The notes under the pieces are model-generated. The model searched no databases. It saw only the letters and a list, made by a program, of their open reading frames with translations, and had not been told where the DNA came from. From contig DRGC01000032.1 of the NCBI GenBank assembly GCA_011050235.1, forward strand, positions 30,042-94,041: DNA of 64,000 nucleotides. Direction: 5' to 3'. This stretch comes from Phycisphaerae bacterium. Its GTDB lineage: Bacteria; Planctomycetota; Phycisphaerae; SM23-33. This document shows positions 8,190-17,185 of this stretch, piece by piece (position 1 is the first letter of the stretch; each line of letters starts with the position of its first letter). The position numbers and the translations under genes were made by a program.

Positions 8190-9536
8190 CTAGCTCTTTC
8201 TGGTCTTCTTCTTCGTCGCCTTCTTCCGGGCCGTCTTCTTGCCGACCGCTTTCTTACCGGTGGCTTTCTTGCGGGCCGTTTTCTTGTGGGCGGGCCTGGC
8301 GGCGACGCGGGGCTCGAGGATGTACTGTCCGCGGCCGAGGTCGAACGCGTCGTGCACGATGCGCAGGGCCTTCTTGGCGGACCTGGCCTCGACCAGACAG
8401 GAGATCTTGATCTCGCTGGTGCTGATGTTCTCGATGTTCACGCCGGCCTTGCCCAAGGCGCTGAACATCTTGAAGGCGACACCCGCGTGCGTTCGCATGC
8501 CGCCGCCAACGATGGCAACCTTCGCGAGGTGATCTTCGTAGACGGCCTTGCACTTGAGCTTCTTCGACAGATCGTTGACGACCTTCCGGATGTCCGGCAG
8601 GTCGGTCAGGTCGATGGTGAACGACACGGTGGCCGTCTTTCGGTCGACGACGGTCTGGATGATGTCGTCGACAATGATGTTGTGGTTGGCGACGACCTGG
8701 AAAATCTTTGCGACGATGCCGGGCCTGTTGGGCGTTCCGGTCAGGGTCACGCGCCCAAGCTTTTCCTTGAGGGCCGCGCCCACGACGACGATTCTCTCCA
8801 TGGCTTCGGTGGCAGGCACGATCAGGGTTCCTTTCCTGTTATGGTTGGTGTTGCGAACGTGGATCGGGACGTTGTGGTGCATGGCGAGTTCGACGGCGCG
8901 GTCCTGCAGGACGGCGGCGCCGAGGCCGGCCAGTTGGAGCATCTCCTCGTAGCTGATGCGGTCGACCTTGCGGGCGTTGGGGACGATTCGCGGGTCGGCG
9001 GTGAACACGCCGTCGACGTCGGTGAAGTTCTCGCACACGCCTCCCAACGCGGCCGCCATCGCCACCATCGACACATTGCTTCCGCCGCGCCCCAGCGTGG
9101 TGACGTGCCCATCGGGCGTGATGCCCTGAAAGCCCGCCACGATCACGATCCGTCCGGCGCGGAGATGTTCGCGGACGCGTTCGGCGTCGATGCTCTTGAC
9201 GCGGGCCCGCATGTGGACCTCGTCGGTGATCAGGCGAATCTGCGCCCCGGTCAGGCTGATCGCATCGACGCCGCGCGTGTGCAGCGTCATCGCCATCAGG
9301 GCGATGGTCACCTGCTCGCCGGTGGCCAGCAGTTGATCCATCTCGCGGCGCGGCGGGTCCTTGGTGATCTGGTGGGCCAAGTCGATCAGGGCGTCGGTCC
9401 TCTTGCCCATGGCCGAGACCACCACCACAACCTGGTTGCCCGCACGCCTGCACCGGATGGCCCGGTCCGCCGCCCGCCGAATCTTGTCGGCGTCGGCGAT
9501 ACTCGTGCCGCCGAATTTCATTACGACCACGCTCAT
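8190..9536 (-). CDS. lysC: aspartate kinase with an unusual Lys-rich C-terminal tail
   Basis: MKFGGTSIADADKIRRAA..VVVVSAMGKRTDALIDLA, plus ACT domains. Start placed at MSVVVMKFGG; the upstream extension in the ORF track is rejected. The C-terminal ~40 aa are KK(T/A)ARKKATGKK repeats. Confidence 0.85.
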   Translation of the reverse strand: MSVVVMKFGGTSIADADKIRRAADRAIRCRRAGNQVVVVVSAMGKRTDALIDLAHQITKDPPRREMDQLLATGEQVTIALMAMTLHTRGVDAISLTGAQIRLITDEVHMRARVKSIDAERVREHLRAGRIVIVAGFQGITPDGHVTTLGRGGSNVSMVAMAAALGGVCENFTDVDGVFTADPRIVPNARKVDRISYEEMLQLAGLGAAVLQDRAVELAMHHNVPIHVRNTNHNRKGTLIVPATEAMERIVVVGAALKEKLGRVTLTGTPNRPGIVAKIFQVVANHNIIVDDIIQTVVDRKTATVSFTIDLTDLPDIRKVVNDLSKKLKCKAVYEDHLAKVAIVGGGMRTHAGVAFKMFSALGKAGVNIENISTSEIKISCLVEARSAKKALRIVHDAFDLGRGQYILEPRVAARPAHKKTARKKATGKKAVGKKTARKKATKKKTRKS

Positions 9537-9538
9537 CG

Positions 9539-10726
9539 TTATCTCACCGTTAGAAAGTATTCCATTAGTTCGCACCCGGCCTTGATGTGGATGTCCGCCT
9601 TGGCGGCGGCCGCCTCGCTGAACGGCAGGTGCAGGACGCTCTTGACGCGCTCGCCGGCGACCACGAACGGCACGGCCGCATTGGTTCGCTGTCGCGATTT
9701 GCACACCGTCGAGCGGCTGGGCGCCACCAGCATGCGCCAGTGGCCTTGCTCGCCGCGCAGCCGGCGAATCGCGCCGCCGACCACATCGCGGTCGATGGCC
9801 TCGATCGCGGCGATCTTGCCGGTCACGTCGCCGGCCAGGGCGGCGTCATCGGGCCAACTAACGTGCACGCACACGATGTCGCAGGTATCGATGGCTTCGA
9901 CGGCCGCCTCGGCCAGGGCCGACAAATGCGTGTCCGTGTAGCCCTCGCCTGTGGGAATATCGATCACGTCCCACCCGACCAGCCGCCCGAGCCCGCGAAC
10001 AAGCGGATCGGTAGCCAGGATCGCCCCGCGACAGCCAAACCGCTCGGCGAACGGCTCGACCGGCTGGAGCACCCCTTCGCCCCACAGCCAGATGCCCGTG
10101 ATGGGGCTTTCGCCGAGTTCCCGGCGAATGGCGTTGATCTCGTGGCCCTTCAGCGCCTCGGCCGCCAGGGCCATGATCTCCTGCAGCCGCGAGGCATCGG
10201 GGCCCTTGGGGGCGCCGCGGCGGATCGCCTTGCCCACCACCTCGTAGGGGCACGTGGTCTGCACGTCCAGCGACTGGGCCGACGTCATCAGGTGCCGGTG
10301 TCCGCTGCCCACGTGGAACGTCAGTTGCCCGGGGGCCAACTGCTCGTTCAGCAGGCCGATCACGGCGACGGCTTCCTGGGGCGAAACGGTCCCGGCCGTT
10401 GCGTCGGTCAGCGACTTGCCCGCAACGGTCACCAGGTTGCATCGAAACACCTGCTCGCCGGTCGGCAGGTCCAACCCCAGCCCCAGCGCCTCCAGGGCCC
10501 CGCCGCCGAGGGCGAAGCTGCCCGGATCGTAGCCCAATAGCGCCATCAGCGCATCCTGCGGCACGTGCGGATGGCGCCGGTCGGTGAACCGGACGGTCCC
10601 GCATCGGCCCTGCACCGCCAGCCAATCCATGTTCGGCGTATCGGCCGCGGCCAGCGGCGTGGTGTGGGCCAGTTCGGCTATCGGCTGGTCGGCAGCGCCT
10701 TCGGGGATGACGATTACGTATTTCAT
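9539..10726 (-). CDS. cofactor-independent phosphoglycerate-mutase-like (ApgM/COG3635) protein; candidate non-orthologous homoserine kinase
   Basis: The N-terminus MKYVIVIPEGAADQP is typical of ApgM-family AlkP-superfamily enzymes. It lies immediately downstream of aspartokinase on the same strand, with a 2-nt gap. Confidence 0.65.
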   Translation of the reverse strand: MKYVIVIPEGAADQPIAELAHTTPLAAADTPNMDWLAVQGRCGTVRFTDRRHPHVPQDALMALLGYDPGSFALGGGALEALGLGLDLPTGEQVFRCNLVTVAGKSLTDATAGTVSPQEAVAVIGLLNEQLAPGQLTFHVGSGHRHLMTSAQSLDVQTTCPYEVVGKAIRRGAPKGPDASRLQEIMALAAEALKGHEINAIRRELGESPITGIWLWGEGVLQPVEPFAERFGCRGAILATDPLVRGLGRLVGWDVIDIPTGEGYTDTHLSALAEAAVEAIDTCDIVCVHVSWPDDAALAGDVTGKIAAIEAIDRDVVGGAIRRLRGEQGHWRMLVAPSRSTVCKSRQRTNAAVPFVVAGERVKSVLHLPFSEAAAAKADIHIKAGCELMEYFLTVR

Positions 10727-11745
10727 GGCTCGCGTGGCGAATCCTCATCCTCCGCCGCCGGTACGATCCACAGCGGCGAGGATGGTCCTTCGCTGGTCAG
10801 CACCAGCGTCTTGCCGTCGGCGTCATAGCAGATGCTCTCGCCCTGGCGACGACGTGGCAATTGTACACGCCCGCCGCCGCGGCGAAAGGCCCCAGCCCAA
10901 CTCTCTCCGTCACGACGGACATATTCGGTCGCATTGCCGTAGTCGGCCACGATCGCCCGCCGCCCATCCGGCGATATGTCCATGGCCGTGACCATCGGGA
11001 TCCAGGGACTTGCGATACGGACCGGCACATCGACCAGGCCCGGCAGCCTGAGCATACATCCGCTCAGCACGGCCTTCACGCGCCCGCGATGCGACGCCGG
11101 AGGCAGGGGCAAGATGTAGACCCCGCAAGGCCCCAGGACCGTCTTGCTGACCAGGCAAACGACGCCCGCGGAGACTTGGACGGGCATTGACGACGGGGCC
11201 ACGAGAGAGAAGCCGAATGGCCGGACGCTGGTCGTGTCCACGGCGACCGCCTCGCAGTCGCGGGGGCCGTCGGGATAGCGAAACTCGATGGTCGTCTGCA
11301 CCTCGGCCGAGAGTTCCCGGCCGACCTGGGCTGGATCGACAGCCGGTTCGGGCACGATGTACAGTTGGCAACGATCGCGCTGGGCGTTGTTGTCGCCAAC
11401 GTCGGCAATGAGAAGGTACGCCTGGCCGTGCAGTTCGTAGCTGGCGAGGTCCTCCCAATCGACGTTCTCGGCCCCGGTGATCGTGACGGTCGCCAGCGTT
11501 CGGCCTTGGCGGTCGATGGCGAACAACTGCGGCGGATCGCCCGAATCGTTGTGCGTCCAGAAGACCCCCGGCGTCCGCCGACTGACCGCCAGGCCGCTAC
11601 TTTCATGGATGCGGGGATCGGTCAGCGTCGCCTCGCGCCGGGCCGGCCCGTAGGCAACGCCCCCGGGCTGGGGCCCGCAGGCCCCGATCAGAGCGCCCGC
11701 GGCGACAGCCGCGAACAGTCGACAGATTGATCTGAGCCTTCTCAT
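10723..11745 (-). CDS. lipoprotein, possible beta-propeller (phytase-like/SdiA-regulated-like) family
   Basis: Start at MRRLRSICRLFAAVAAGALIGAC (lipobox). Motifs WTHNDSGD and ADVGDNN are present. The family assignment is weak. Confidence 0.45.
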   Translation of the reverse strand: MRRLRSICRLFAAVAAGALIGACGPQPGGVAYGPARREATLTDPRIHESSGLAVSRRTPGVFWTHNDSGDPPQLFAIDRQGRTLATVTITGAENVDWEDLASYELHGQAYLLIADVGDNNAQRDRCQLYIVPEPAVDPAQVGRELSAEVQTTIEFRYPDGPRDCEAVAVDTTSVRPFGFSLVAPSSMPVQVSAGVVCLVSKTVLGPCGVYILPLPPASHRGRVKAVLSGCMLRLPGLVDVPVRIASPWIPMVTAMDISPDGRRAIVADYGNATEYVRRDGESWAGAFRRGGGRVQLPRRRQGESICYDADGKTLVLTSEGPSSPLWIVPAAEDEDSPREP

Positions 11746-11762
11746 AGGATCGGTCCCGTGGG

Positions 11763-12524
11763 CTAGATGTCGAACGTCGCCATGACCGGCGCGTGGTCGG
11801 AGGGTTTTTCGCCTTTGCGTTCGTCGCGGTCGACCTCGGCGGCGCTGCAGCATCTCGCCAGCGGGTCGGTGGCGAGGATGTGGTCCAGCCGCAGTCCGTC
11901 GCCCTTGGGAAAGGCCAGACGGCGGTAGTCCCACCAGGAGTAGATGCGGCCGTCGGGGTGATGCTTTCGAAACACGTCGACCAGCGGCCAATCGAGCAGG
12001 CCCCGGAAGAGCTCCCTCACCCGGTCATGGCAGAGAACCGAGTCGGCCCATTCGTCCGGATGGGCGACGTCGCTGTCGTCGGGGGCGACGTTGAAATCCC
12101 CACAGACGGCCAGCAGATCGGTCGCCTTGGCGGTCTTGGCCAGCCAGGCGGCGAGGGTCTTGAGCCAATCCAGCTTGTAATCCCAGTGCTCGCAGCCGAC
12201 CTCTCGGCCGTTGGGGACGTAGACGTTGACGATCCGCACACCGTCGACCGTCGCGGCGATCAGGCGGGCGTGCTCGTCGTCGCCGAGGCCCTTGTGGATG
12301 TCCGTGGGCTCGGCGCGGCTGAGGATGGCCACGCCGTTGTAGGTCTTCTGGCCAAGGACGGCTGCGTGGTAGCCGGCCTGCTGGATCGCATCGAAGGGGA
12401 ATACGTCCTCAGCCCCTTTGAGCTCCTGCAGGCAGACGACGTCGGGCTTGTGGCGGGCCAGCAAGGCCAGTAGCCGCTCCAGCCGCGAGCGAATCGAATT
12501 GACGTTCCAGGTGACGAGCTTCAT
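11763..12524 (-). CDS. xthA: exodeoxyribonuclease III
   Basis: MKLVTWNVNSIRSRL...VVCLQELKG and the C-terminal SDHAPV motif are present. The ORF-track N-terminal extension is rejected. Confidence 0.8.
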   Translation of the reverse strand: MKLVTWNVNSIRSRLERLLALLARHKPDVVCLQELKGAEDVFPFDAIQQAGYHAAVLGQKTYNGVAILSRAEPTDIHKGLGDDEHARLIAATVDGVRIVNVYVPNGREVGCEHWDYKLDWLKTLAAWLAKTAKATDLLAVCGDFNVAPDDSDVAHPDEWADSVLCHDRVRELFRGLLDWPLVDVFRKHHPDGRIYSWWDYRRLAFPKGDGLRLDHILATDPLARCCSAAEVDRDERKGEKPSDHAPVMATFDI

Positions 12525-12712
12525 GACCCGGCCATGGCCCAATCGACGTCGAACCGCGCCGAACAGCTCGGGCAAATCAGCACGATCCGAACTCCCCCGC
12601 TCTCGCGCCGCACGAACGAGACGTGAAATCCGTTGGTGTAGTCGCACTCGGGGCACGCCCGCAGTTCGTCAGCGATCTCAAGGCGTTTGGGTGTCTTCGC
12701 TTGGCTCATCAT
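12521..12712 (-). CDS. small zinc-ribbon protein (hypothetical)
   Basis: A 63-aa ORF has CPEC...CPSC zinc-ribbon pairs. A GGAAGGA Shine-Dalgarno sits upstream. Its stop overlaps the xthA start (ATGA). Its 5' end overlaps the 3' end of the upstream giant gene by about 35 nt. Confidence 0.45.
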   Translation of the reverse strand: MMSQAKTPKRLEIADELRACPECDYTNGFHVSFVRRESGGVRIVLICPSCSARFDVDWAMAGS

Positions 12713-15700
12713 CCGATCCTTCCGCTGCATCGGTGGCCGGGGCTGGAGTGTCCGCCCCCTCGCCGGGGTTGTGGTCCCACTGACAGATGAAGCCATACGC
12801 CCTCGCAGCCGGCACAGCCCGCCACTTGCCTCGCGTTCTCGGCCCCTCATACGGCACTTCGAACAGGATCGTCGCCGCCGGCGGGCCATAGATGCCGGCC
12901 CCCTCGTTGGTGGTCAGCCAGTTGGTGTAGTCGAGCGCCTTGCCTTGGGCCGTCTCCCACGCTTCGTCGGTTGGTCGGTGCGCGTCGATCCACATCGGCT
13001 GGCTTTGCCGGGTGAACATGGTGGCCAGATCGTTGGTCGCCTGCGAATCGATCTGAATCAGCCGCCCGCCCAGCCGGGCGCATATCTGATGGGCCTGGTC
13101 CCAGGTGACGGCTTCGTAGTAGGCCTTGTACCATTGGCCGCTGTGGCCGATCGCATCGGTGATCGCCCCGGCGGTTTCGGTGACGATCGCATCGAGCCCC
13201 AGTTCGGTCGGCTCGTCGGCGCTATCCCATTCGCACAGGAACACCGTGACGCCCGTGGGCGCGACGTCGTCCCACTCGGCCGCGCCGCCGAAGCCGATCA
13301 GGGCCACGTGCTGATACCCGTCCGTATTGTTCGGTTCGCCCGCAGCCCAGTTGGCATGGGTGACGGGCCGGCCGTCCACCCATCGCCAGTCTCCCTCGAC
13401 CTCGTCGTCGCTGGCCCCGATGAAGGTCAACTGCCCGCCGGCGAGAATAAAAGCGACCGTGTTCTCCTCGTCGCTGTCGATCGTGATCAAATGCCCGCCC
13501 CACGATTTGCAGATGGCCTTGGCCCGCGCCCAGGTGACGCCCTGGTTGAACAGCCGATAGCGATGGCCCTTGTAGATCACATCGTCGCCGCTCACGTCTA
13601 TCGCCAGCCCAGTCGCCTTGCGACGATCGGGCGGGCGGGGATCGTCATCCCACTGGCAGATGAAGCCCAACAGATCCGATTCCCGGGCGGGCTCCCACGC
13701 CCCCGTTCCGCGCCACCCGACGTAGGCGAACGCGTCAGCGGCGTCGACGGCCTCGGCCCCTTGCCGCCAATGGCCGCCCTCGGCGACCCGGCCGTCCAGC
13801 CACTGCCATTTGTCGCGCCCCGCCGGCTTGCTCAGGCCGATCCAGCCGGCCCTGCCGCCCGCGAGGTACAACAGGTAGCTGTTGACCACGCCCGAATCGA
13901 ACACCGCCAGACGCCCGCCCATCGCCTCGCAGCGGCGTTTGGCCTGAGCCCAGGTCAACGGAATGTCGACGTAGCGGTAGTAGCTGCCGCCCAGCTTGGC
14001 GACATCGCCGCCGGGGCGAAGGATGAACTCGGGTAAGGGCTCGCGGGCCAAGGGGGCCGGAGATTCGTCCACACACATGCCGGCCAGGTTGAGCGTCTCA
14101 GCCGTCACCACCCCCAACGCACTGACGCCCTCGCCCATGCGTCCAGCCAGCCCGACAATCGCTCGCCCGTCGCCGCCGAGCGTCTTGCTCACCTCGCCCC
14201 AGCCGTAGACGGCGCTCGTGCGGGCGCTGCCGGCGTCCAGACGCCCGTCGGCCAGAACGCGCATGAACACCACGCTGACGCCTGTGAGAGTTTTGTCGCC
14301 ATGAATGCGCAAGGCCCCGACGGCATAGCCGGCGGGAGCGGCGATCTCCAGCACCTCGCGGTCGCTTCGGCCGGCCGTCGGGCCGAGATGCCGACCCGTC
14401 GGTGTCCGATAGACCGGCTGGATGGTCGTGATCGGCGCATCGGCCGACGCCTGCAGGCCCAGCCGCACGCCCGCCAACCAGCCCGGGCCGCGCAGAACAT
14501 CCTCAAACGGCATGCCCTCGTCGCTGCCGATCGGCGTCGTTCGATCCAATTCGCTCTCGGCCGGCACGTCATCGTAGCCGGCAAACATGGGCCCGGCCGG
14601 CTGGGTCGACGGGTCGCCGACGCCAATCTGTCCCTTGGGCGGCATACGATCCAGTGTGCGGTAGTGAAGGTCTGTGAACTGACAGATCGCACGCCTCCCC
14701 CCCCCGTGACAGGTCAGTGTCAGTTGCGATTCGGAATCGAGCGGCGGATCGATCAGGTCTTTCTTATAGACCACGAGCTTGCCGTTGACATAAATGGCGA
14801 CCTGTTTGTCAAAGATCTGCAGGCAGAAGGCATTCTTTTCGCCCAGCGGAATCATGATCGTCTGACTCCTTTCATTCCGGTTGTTCTCATGATTTCGGTC
14901 GAACCGAACGAGGCCGCTCCGGGAGAAGCTGAGCTTGTAGGATGTCCTTCCGTCGTCGGTCTCCAGGGACAGGCCGCCTTCGCACTTGGTAACCTTCCGG
15001 TCGGGCAAGATCACCTGTCCGTGCACTGAAAAATGCGAGCCCACCGGCTGCGTTCGGGTCAGGCTGACGGCCCCTTTCGTTGCGTCCATCACGATCGCGC
15101 TGCCGGAGCCCCTGCGGGCGGCCCCCCGATCCAGCCGCCATCCGGCCAGGTCTGCACCCCCCGTCAGAGCCTGCCATCCGCCGCCGGCGAGAGTTTCAGT
15201 CTTCACCACCTGGGCCATGGCCTCACGCAGATAGGCCATCACTGCCCCCTCCTGGTGATACTGGCGGGCGATGGCGCGCAATGCTGTGGCGGCCCGGTCA
15301 TAGCGTTCGTTGCGGAAGGCTGCCCGGGCGCGGGCCAGCGCGTCGGCGTGCGGGCCTGTCTCGACGATAATACGCCCCACGGCCACCGGCGCCGCGGTGT
15401 CGGAATCGGTGAAGATCTCCTCCGCCGTCGCCCACCACGGGCCGACGTCGTCCAGATCGAACAGCCACTGCTGCGCTTGGGGCCAGGCGTGCTGCTCGTA
15501 GGCAACGCGAAGGCCCGCCAAGCGGACCCTCGCGGCGAACGAGCCTGTCGCGTGGGTGTCGGCGTAGCGTTGGAACATCCGACGAATCTGGCCCTGTTCG
15601 AGGGAGGGTTGCGACCAGAGCGGCCGCCCCTTGTGCCGGCCGGCGGCGACGATTGCCTGATAGGCGACCAGCGGCACGGCCGTGTCGTATCGCTCGGTCT

Positions 15701-16730
15701 GCAGGCATTGCCCGGCGAAGGTCCGCAGGTCCTCGACGACCGGGCGATTATGGGTGCGCTCGATCATCGCGATGCGGTTAGCGTATGCCGGTGCGTAATC
15801 AAACTGGGCGGCCAGGGCCCGTTCGAACCAGGCATGAGCGTCCCGGCTGTCGTAGAACAGAAGCCCCAGCATCTCGGCCGCCGCCTCGGGCCGATCGGGA
15901 CGGTCGTAATAGGCGGCCTTCAGGAGCCGGCGCGCCTCGGGGTACGCGGGGTGCCGGTCCGACGTGCGCCGCACGGCCACGATGCCGCCACGCTCGTCGA
16001 CGACGCCGACGTGATAACGGGCCGTCAGCATCTTGACCGTCCACGGGGACGAGTCGCTCTGCCGGCCGGACGCTTTGGCGAAACGCCACCTTCCGGCGGC
16101 CCCCAGGTTAGCGAACCATGGGTCGGTCACAATGGCCAGCAGCGCCCGCTGGTCGTCCTGGCCATAGGCCGCGCTGCCGACGGCGCGGAGGAAATGGTCG
16201 TGGGCGATCTCGTCGTAACGCTTGGAGACCGTTGCCTGCCCCCACACTCGCATGAGTCTCGCCAGCCTGGCGGCGGCCGAGCCCGCCAGGAGATCCGGAC
16301 CGGCCGGTCCGTTCAGGTGGGCGACCCCTTCGCGCAGATAGGTCATGGCTTCACCGTCCAAGCCCGTCTCGTCCAGAGCAATACCATACGCCGTCCAGAC
16401 GATCGGGTCGTCGCAGCCGGCGACGAGGAGTTCTCGCCCGGCTGCGGCCAGGTCGTCCCAGGGCGGGGCCTGCGTGGGCACATCACGATGGGCGGCCAGG
16501 CGCGCGGCGACGGCGGCAAGAAAGGCCCGAGCGTCGTCATCCCAGGCGGAATTGGCTTGGCCGCCGGCGGGGTAGGCGTCTGCGAGGTTGCGGGTCCACA
16601 GCGTCTGCCGGCCGGCGACGACGTCGGCCATGCTAACGGTGTTGGGAACGTTGGGGACGCGTTGGCCCCAGGCGGCCGTTGCCCACACGAGAACCAACGC
16701 GACGATTGCGATTGTGTTCTGTCTTGTCAT
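12678..16730 (-). CDS. 1350-aa secreted multidomain protein: signal peptide, TPR-like helical region, DUF1080/LamG-like domain, three tandem C-type lectin-like domains
   Basis: Signal peptide MTRQNTIAIVALVLVWATAAWG. The DUF1080-like stretch is (...GKLVVYKKD). CTLD repeats start at WAQAKRRCEAMGGRLAV, WARAKAICKSWGGHLITI and WDQAHQICARLGGRLIQI. The second CTLD carries EPN...E...WDD. Confidence 0.7.
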   Translation of the reverse strand: MTRQNTIAIVALVLVWATAAWGQRVPNVPNTVSMADVVAGRQTLWTRNLADAYPAGGQANSAWDDDARAFLAAVAARLAAHRDVPTQAPPWDDLAAAGRELLVAGCDDPIVWTAYGIALDETGLDGEAMTYLREGVAHLNGPAGPDLLAGSAAARLARLMRVWGQATVSKRYDEIAHDHFLRAVGSAAYGQDDQRALLAIVTDPWFANLGAAGRWRFAKASGRQSDSSPWTVKMLTARYHVGVVDERGGIVAVRRTSDRHPAYPEARRLLKAAYYDRPDRPEAAAEMLGLLFYDSRDAHAWFERALAAQFDYAPAYANRIAMIERTHNRPVVEDLRTFAGQCLQTERYDTAVPLVAYQAIVAAGRHKGRPLWSQPSLEQGQIRRMFQRYADTHATGSFAARVRLAGLRVAYEQHAWPQAQQWLFDLDDVGPWWATAEEIFTDSDTAAPVAVGRIIVETGPHADALARARAAFRNERYDRAATALRAIARQYHQEGAVMAYLREAMAQVVKTETLAGGGWQALTGGADLAGWRLDRGAARRGSGSAIVMDATKGAVSLTRTQPVGSHFSVHGQVILPDRKVTKCEGGLSLETDDGRTSYKLSFSRSGLVRFDRNHENNRNERSQTIMIPLGEKNAFCLQIFDKQVAIYVNGKLVVYKKDLIDPPLDSESQLTLTCHGGGRRAICQFTDLHYRTLDRMPPKGQIGVGDPSTQPAGPMFAGYDDVPAESELDRTTPIGSDEGMPFEDVLRGPGWLAGVRLGLQASADAPITTIQPVYRTPTGRHLGPTAGRSDREVLEIAAPAGYAVGALRIHGDKTLTGVSVVFMRVLADGRLDAGSARTSAVYGWGEVSKTLGGDGRAIVGLAGRMGEGVSALGVVTAETLNLAGMCVDESPAPLAREPLPEFILRPGGDVAKLGGSYYRYVDIPLTWAQAKRRCEAMGGRLAVFDSGVVNSYLLYLAGGRAGWIGLSKPAGRDKWQWLDGRVAEGGHWRQGAEAVDAADAFAYVGWRGTGAWEPARESDLLGFICQWDDDPRPPDRRKATGLAIDVSGDDVIYKGHRYRLFNQGVTWARAKAICKSWGGHLITIDSDEENTVAFILAGGQLTFIGASDDEVEGDWRWVDGRPVTHANWAAGEPNNTDGYQHVALIGFGGAAEWDDVAPTGVTVFLCEWDSADEPTELGLDAIVTETAGAITDAIGHSGQWYKAYYEAVTWDQAHQICARLGGRLIQIDSQATNDLATMFTRQSQPMWIDAHRPTDEAWETAQGKALDYTNWLTTNEGAGIYGPPAATILFEVPYEGPRTRGKWRAVPAARAYGFICQWDHNPGEGADTPAPATDAAEGSDDEPSEDTQTP

Positions 16731-16884
16731 GACCCCGCCGGAAGCCGCCCGGCCATCGCTGGTGACGGCGGATGCGCAGCCTGTGCGATCGACTCGGGGG
16801 AATTATACCGCGGAAGACAAGATGATACGAGGACTTGATGTCAGCCCAGGCGCACAGCGGAGGAAGGGCGATGGGGCCGGCGGA

Positions 16885-17019
16885 TCAGGCGGCCGCGGCG
16901 CGGGCTTCGGCCTTGGCGGCCTTGCGGGCGCGCTCGCGGGCCTTGCGCTTGGCGTTCTTACGGCGGGTAATGATCTGGTTTTCGCGTCGTTTGTTCAGAC
17001 GGTCTCGTCGGCGTCCCAC
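16885..17019 (-). CDS. small (44 aa) highly basic protein, GTG start (hypothetical, possibly ribosome/nucleic-acid associated)
   Basis: Translation VGRRRDRLNKRRENQIITRRKNAKRKARERARKAAKAEARAAAA. Third-position GC bias is strong and codon usage matches the genome. AAAGGA lies 6 nt upstream of GTG, and a TATACT -10-like box is upstream. Confidence 0.35.
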   Translation of the reverse strand: MGRRRDRLNKRRENQIITRRKNAKRKARERARKAAKAEARAAAA

Positions 17020-17185
17020 GGCGGTTCCTTTCGGACAGACTATTATGAACCCCGCAGTATACCGTCTCCCCCGGCCGAGAACAATGCCCCAAATGGGTTT
17101 GCCACGCCCGCCGGCGACCACCCTTGACGGCAGCGGGCGCGGCGGGCTATCTTGCGACTTCAGTTTTCTCCAAGGGAGTCGGACC

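Noticed and set aside
9537-9704. N-terminal 56-aa extension of the aspartokinase ORF in the track
   Set aside because: The conserved aspartokinase N-terminus begins at MSVVVMKFGG. The extension overlaps the downstream gene region and is Arg/Gly-rich non-coding-like sequence. The same logic removed long N-terminal extensions from pyk, xthA, lepB, the thermonuclease, the NYN protein, nusB and the oxidoreductase.
8052-9941. 629-aa plus-strand ORF
   Set aside because: It is antisense to the well-supported aspartokinase and ApgM-like genes. Its translation is low-complexity Gly/Arg/Asp-rich, typical of spurious long ORFs in high-GC DNA.
12678-16730. Diversity-generating retroelement target, because of C-type lectin domains
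   Set aside because: No reverse transcriptase and no template-repeat/variable-repeat pair are visible in the window. The CTLDs are canonical EPN-type, not the DGR variable-region lectin fold.
15033-16838. 601-aa plus-strand ORF and several other 100-450-aa ORFs overlapping 12678..16730
   Set aside because: They are antisense or off-frame to the 1350-aa lectin-protein gene, which has coherent domains. Their translations are Arg/Gly/Pro-rich with no domains.
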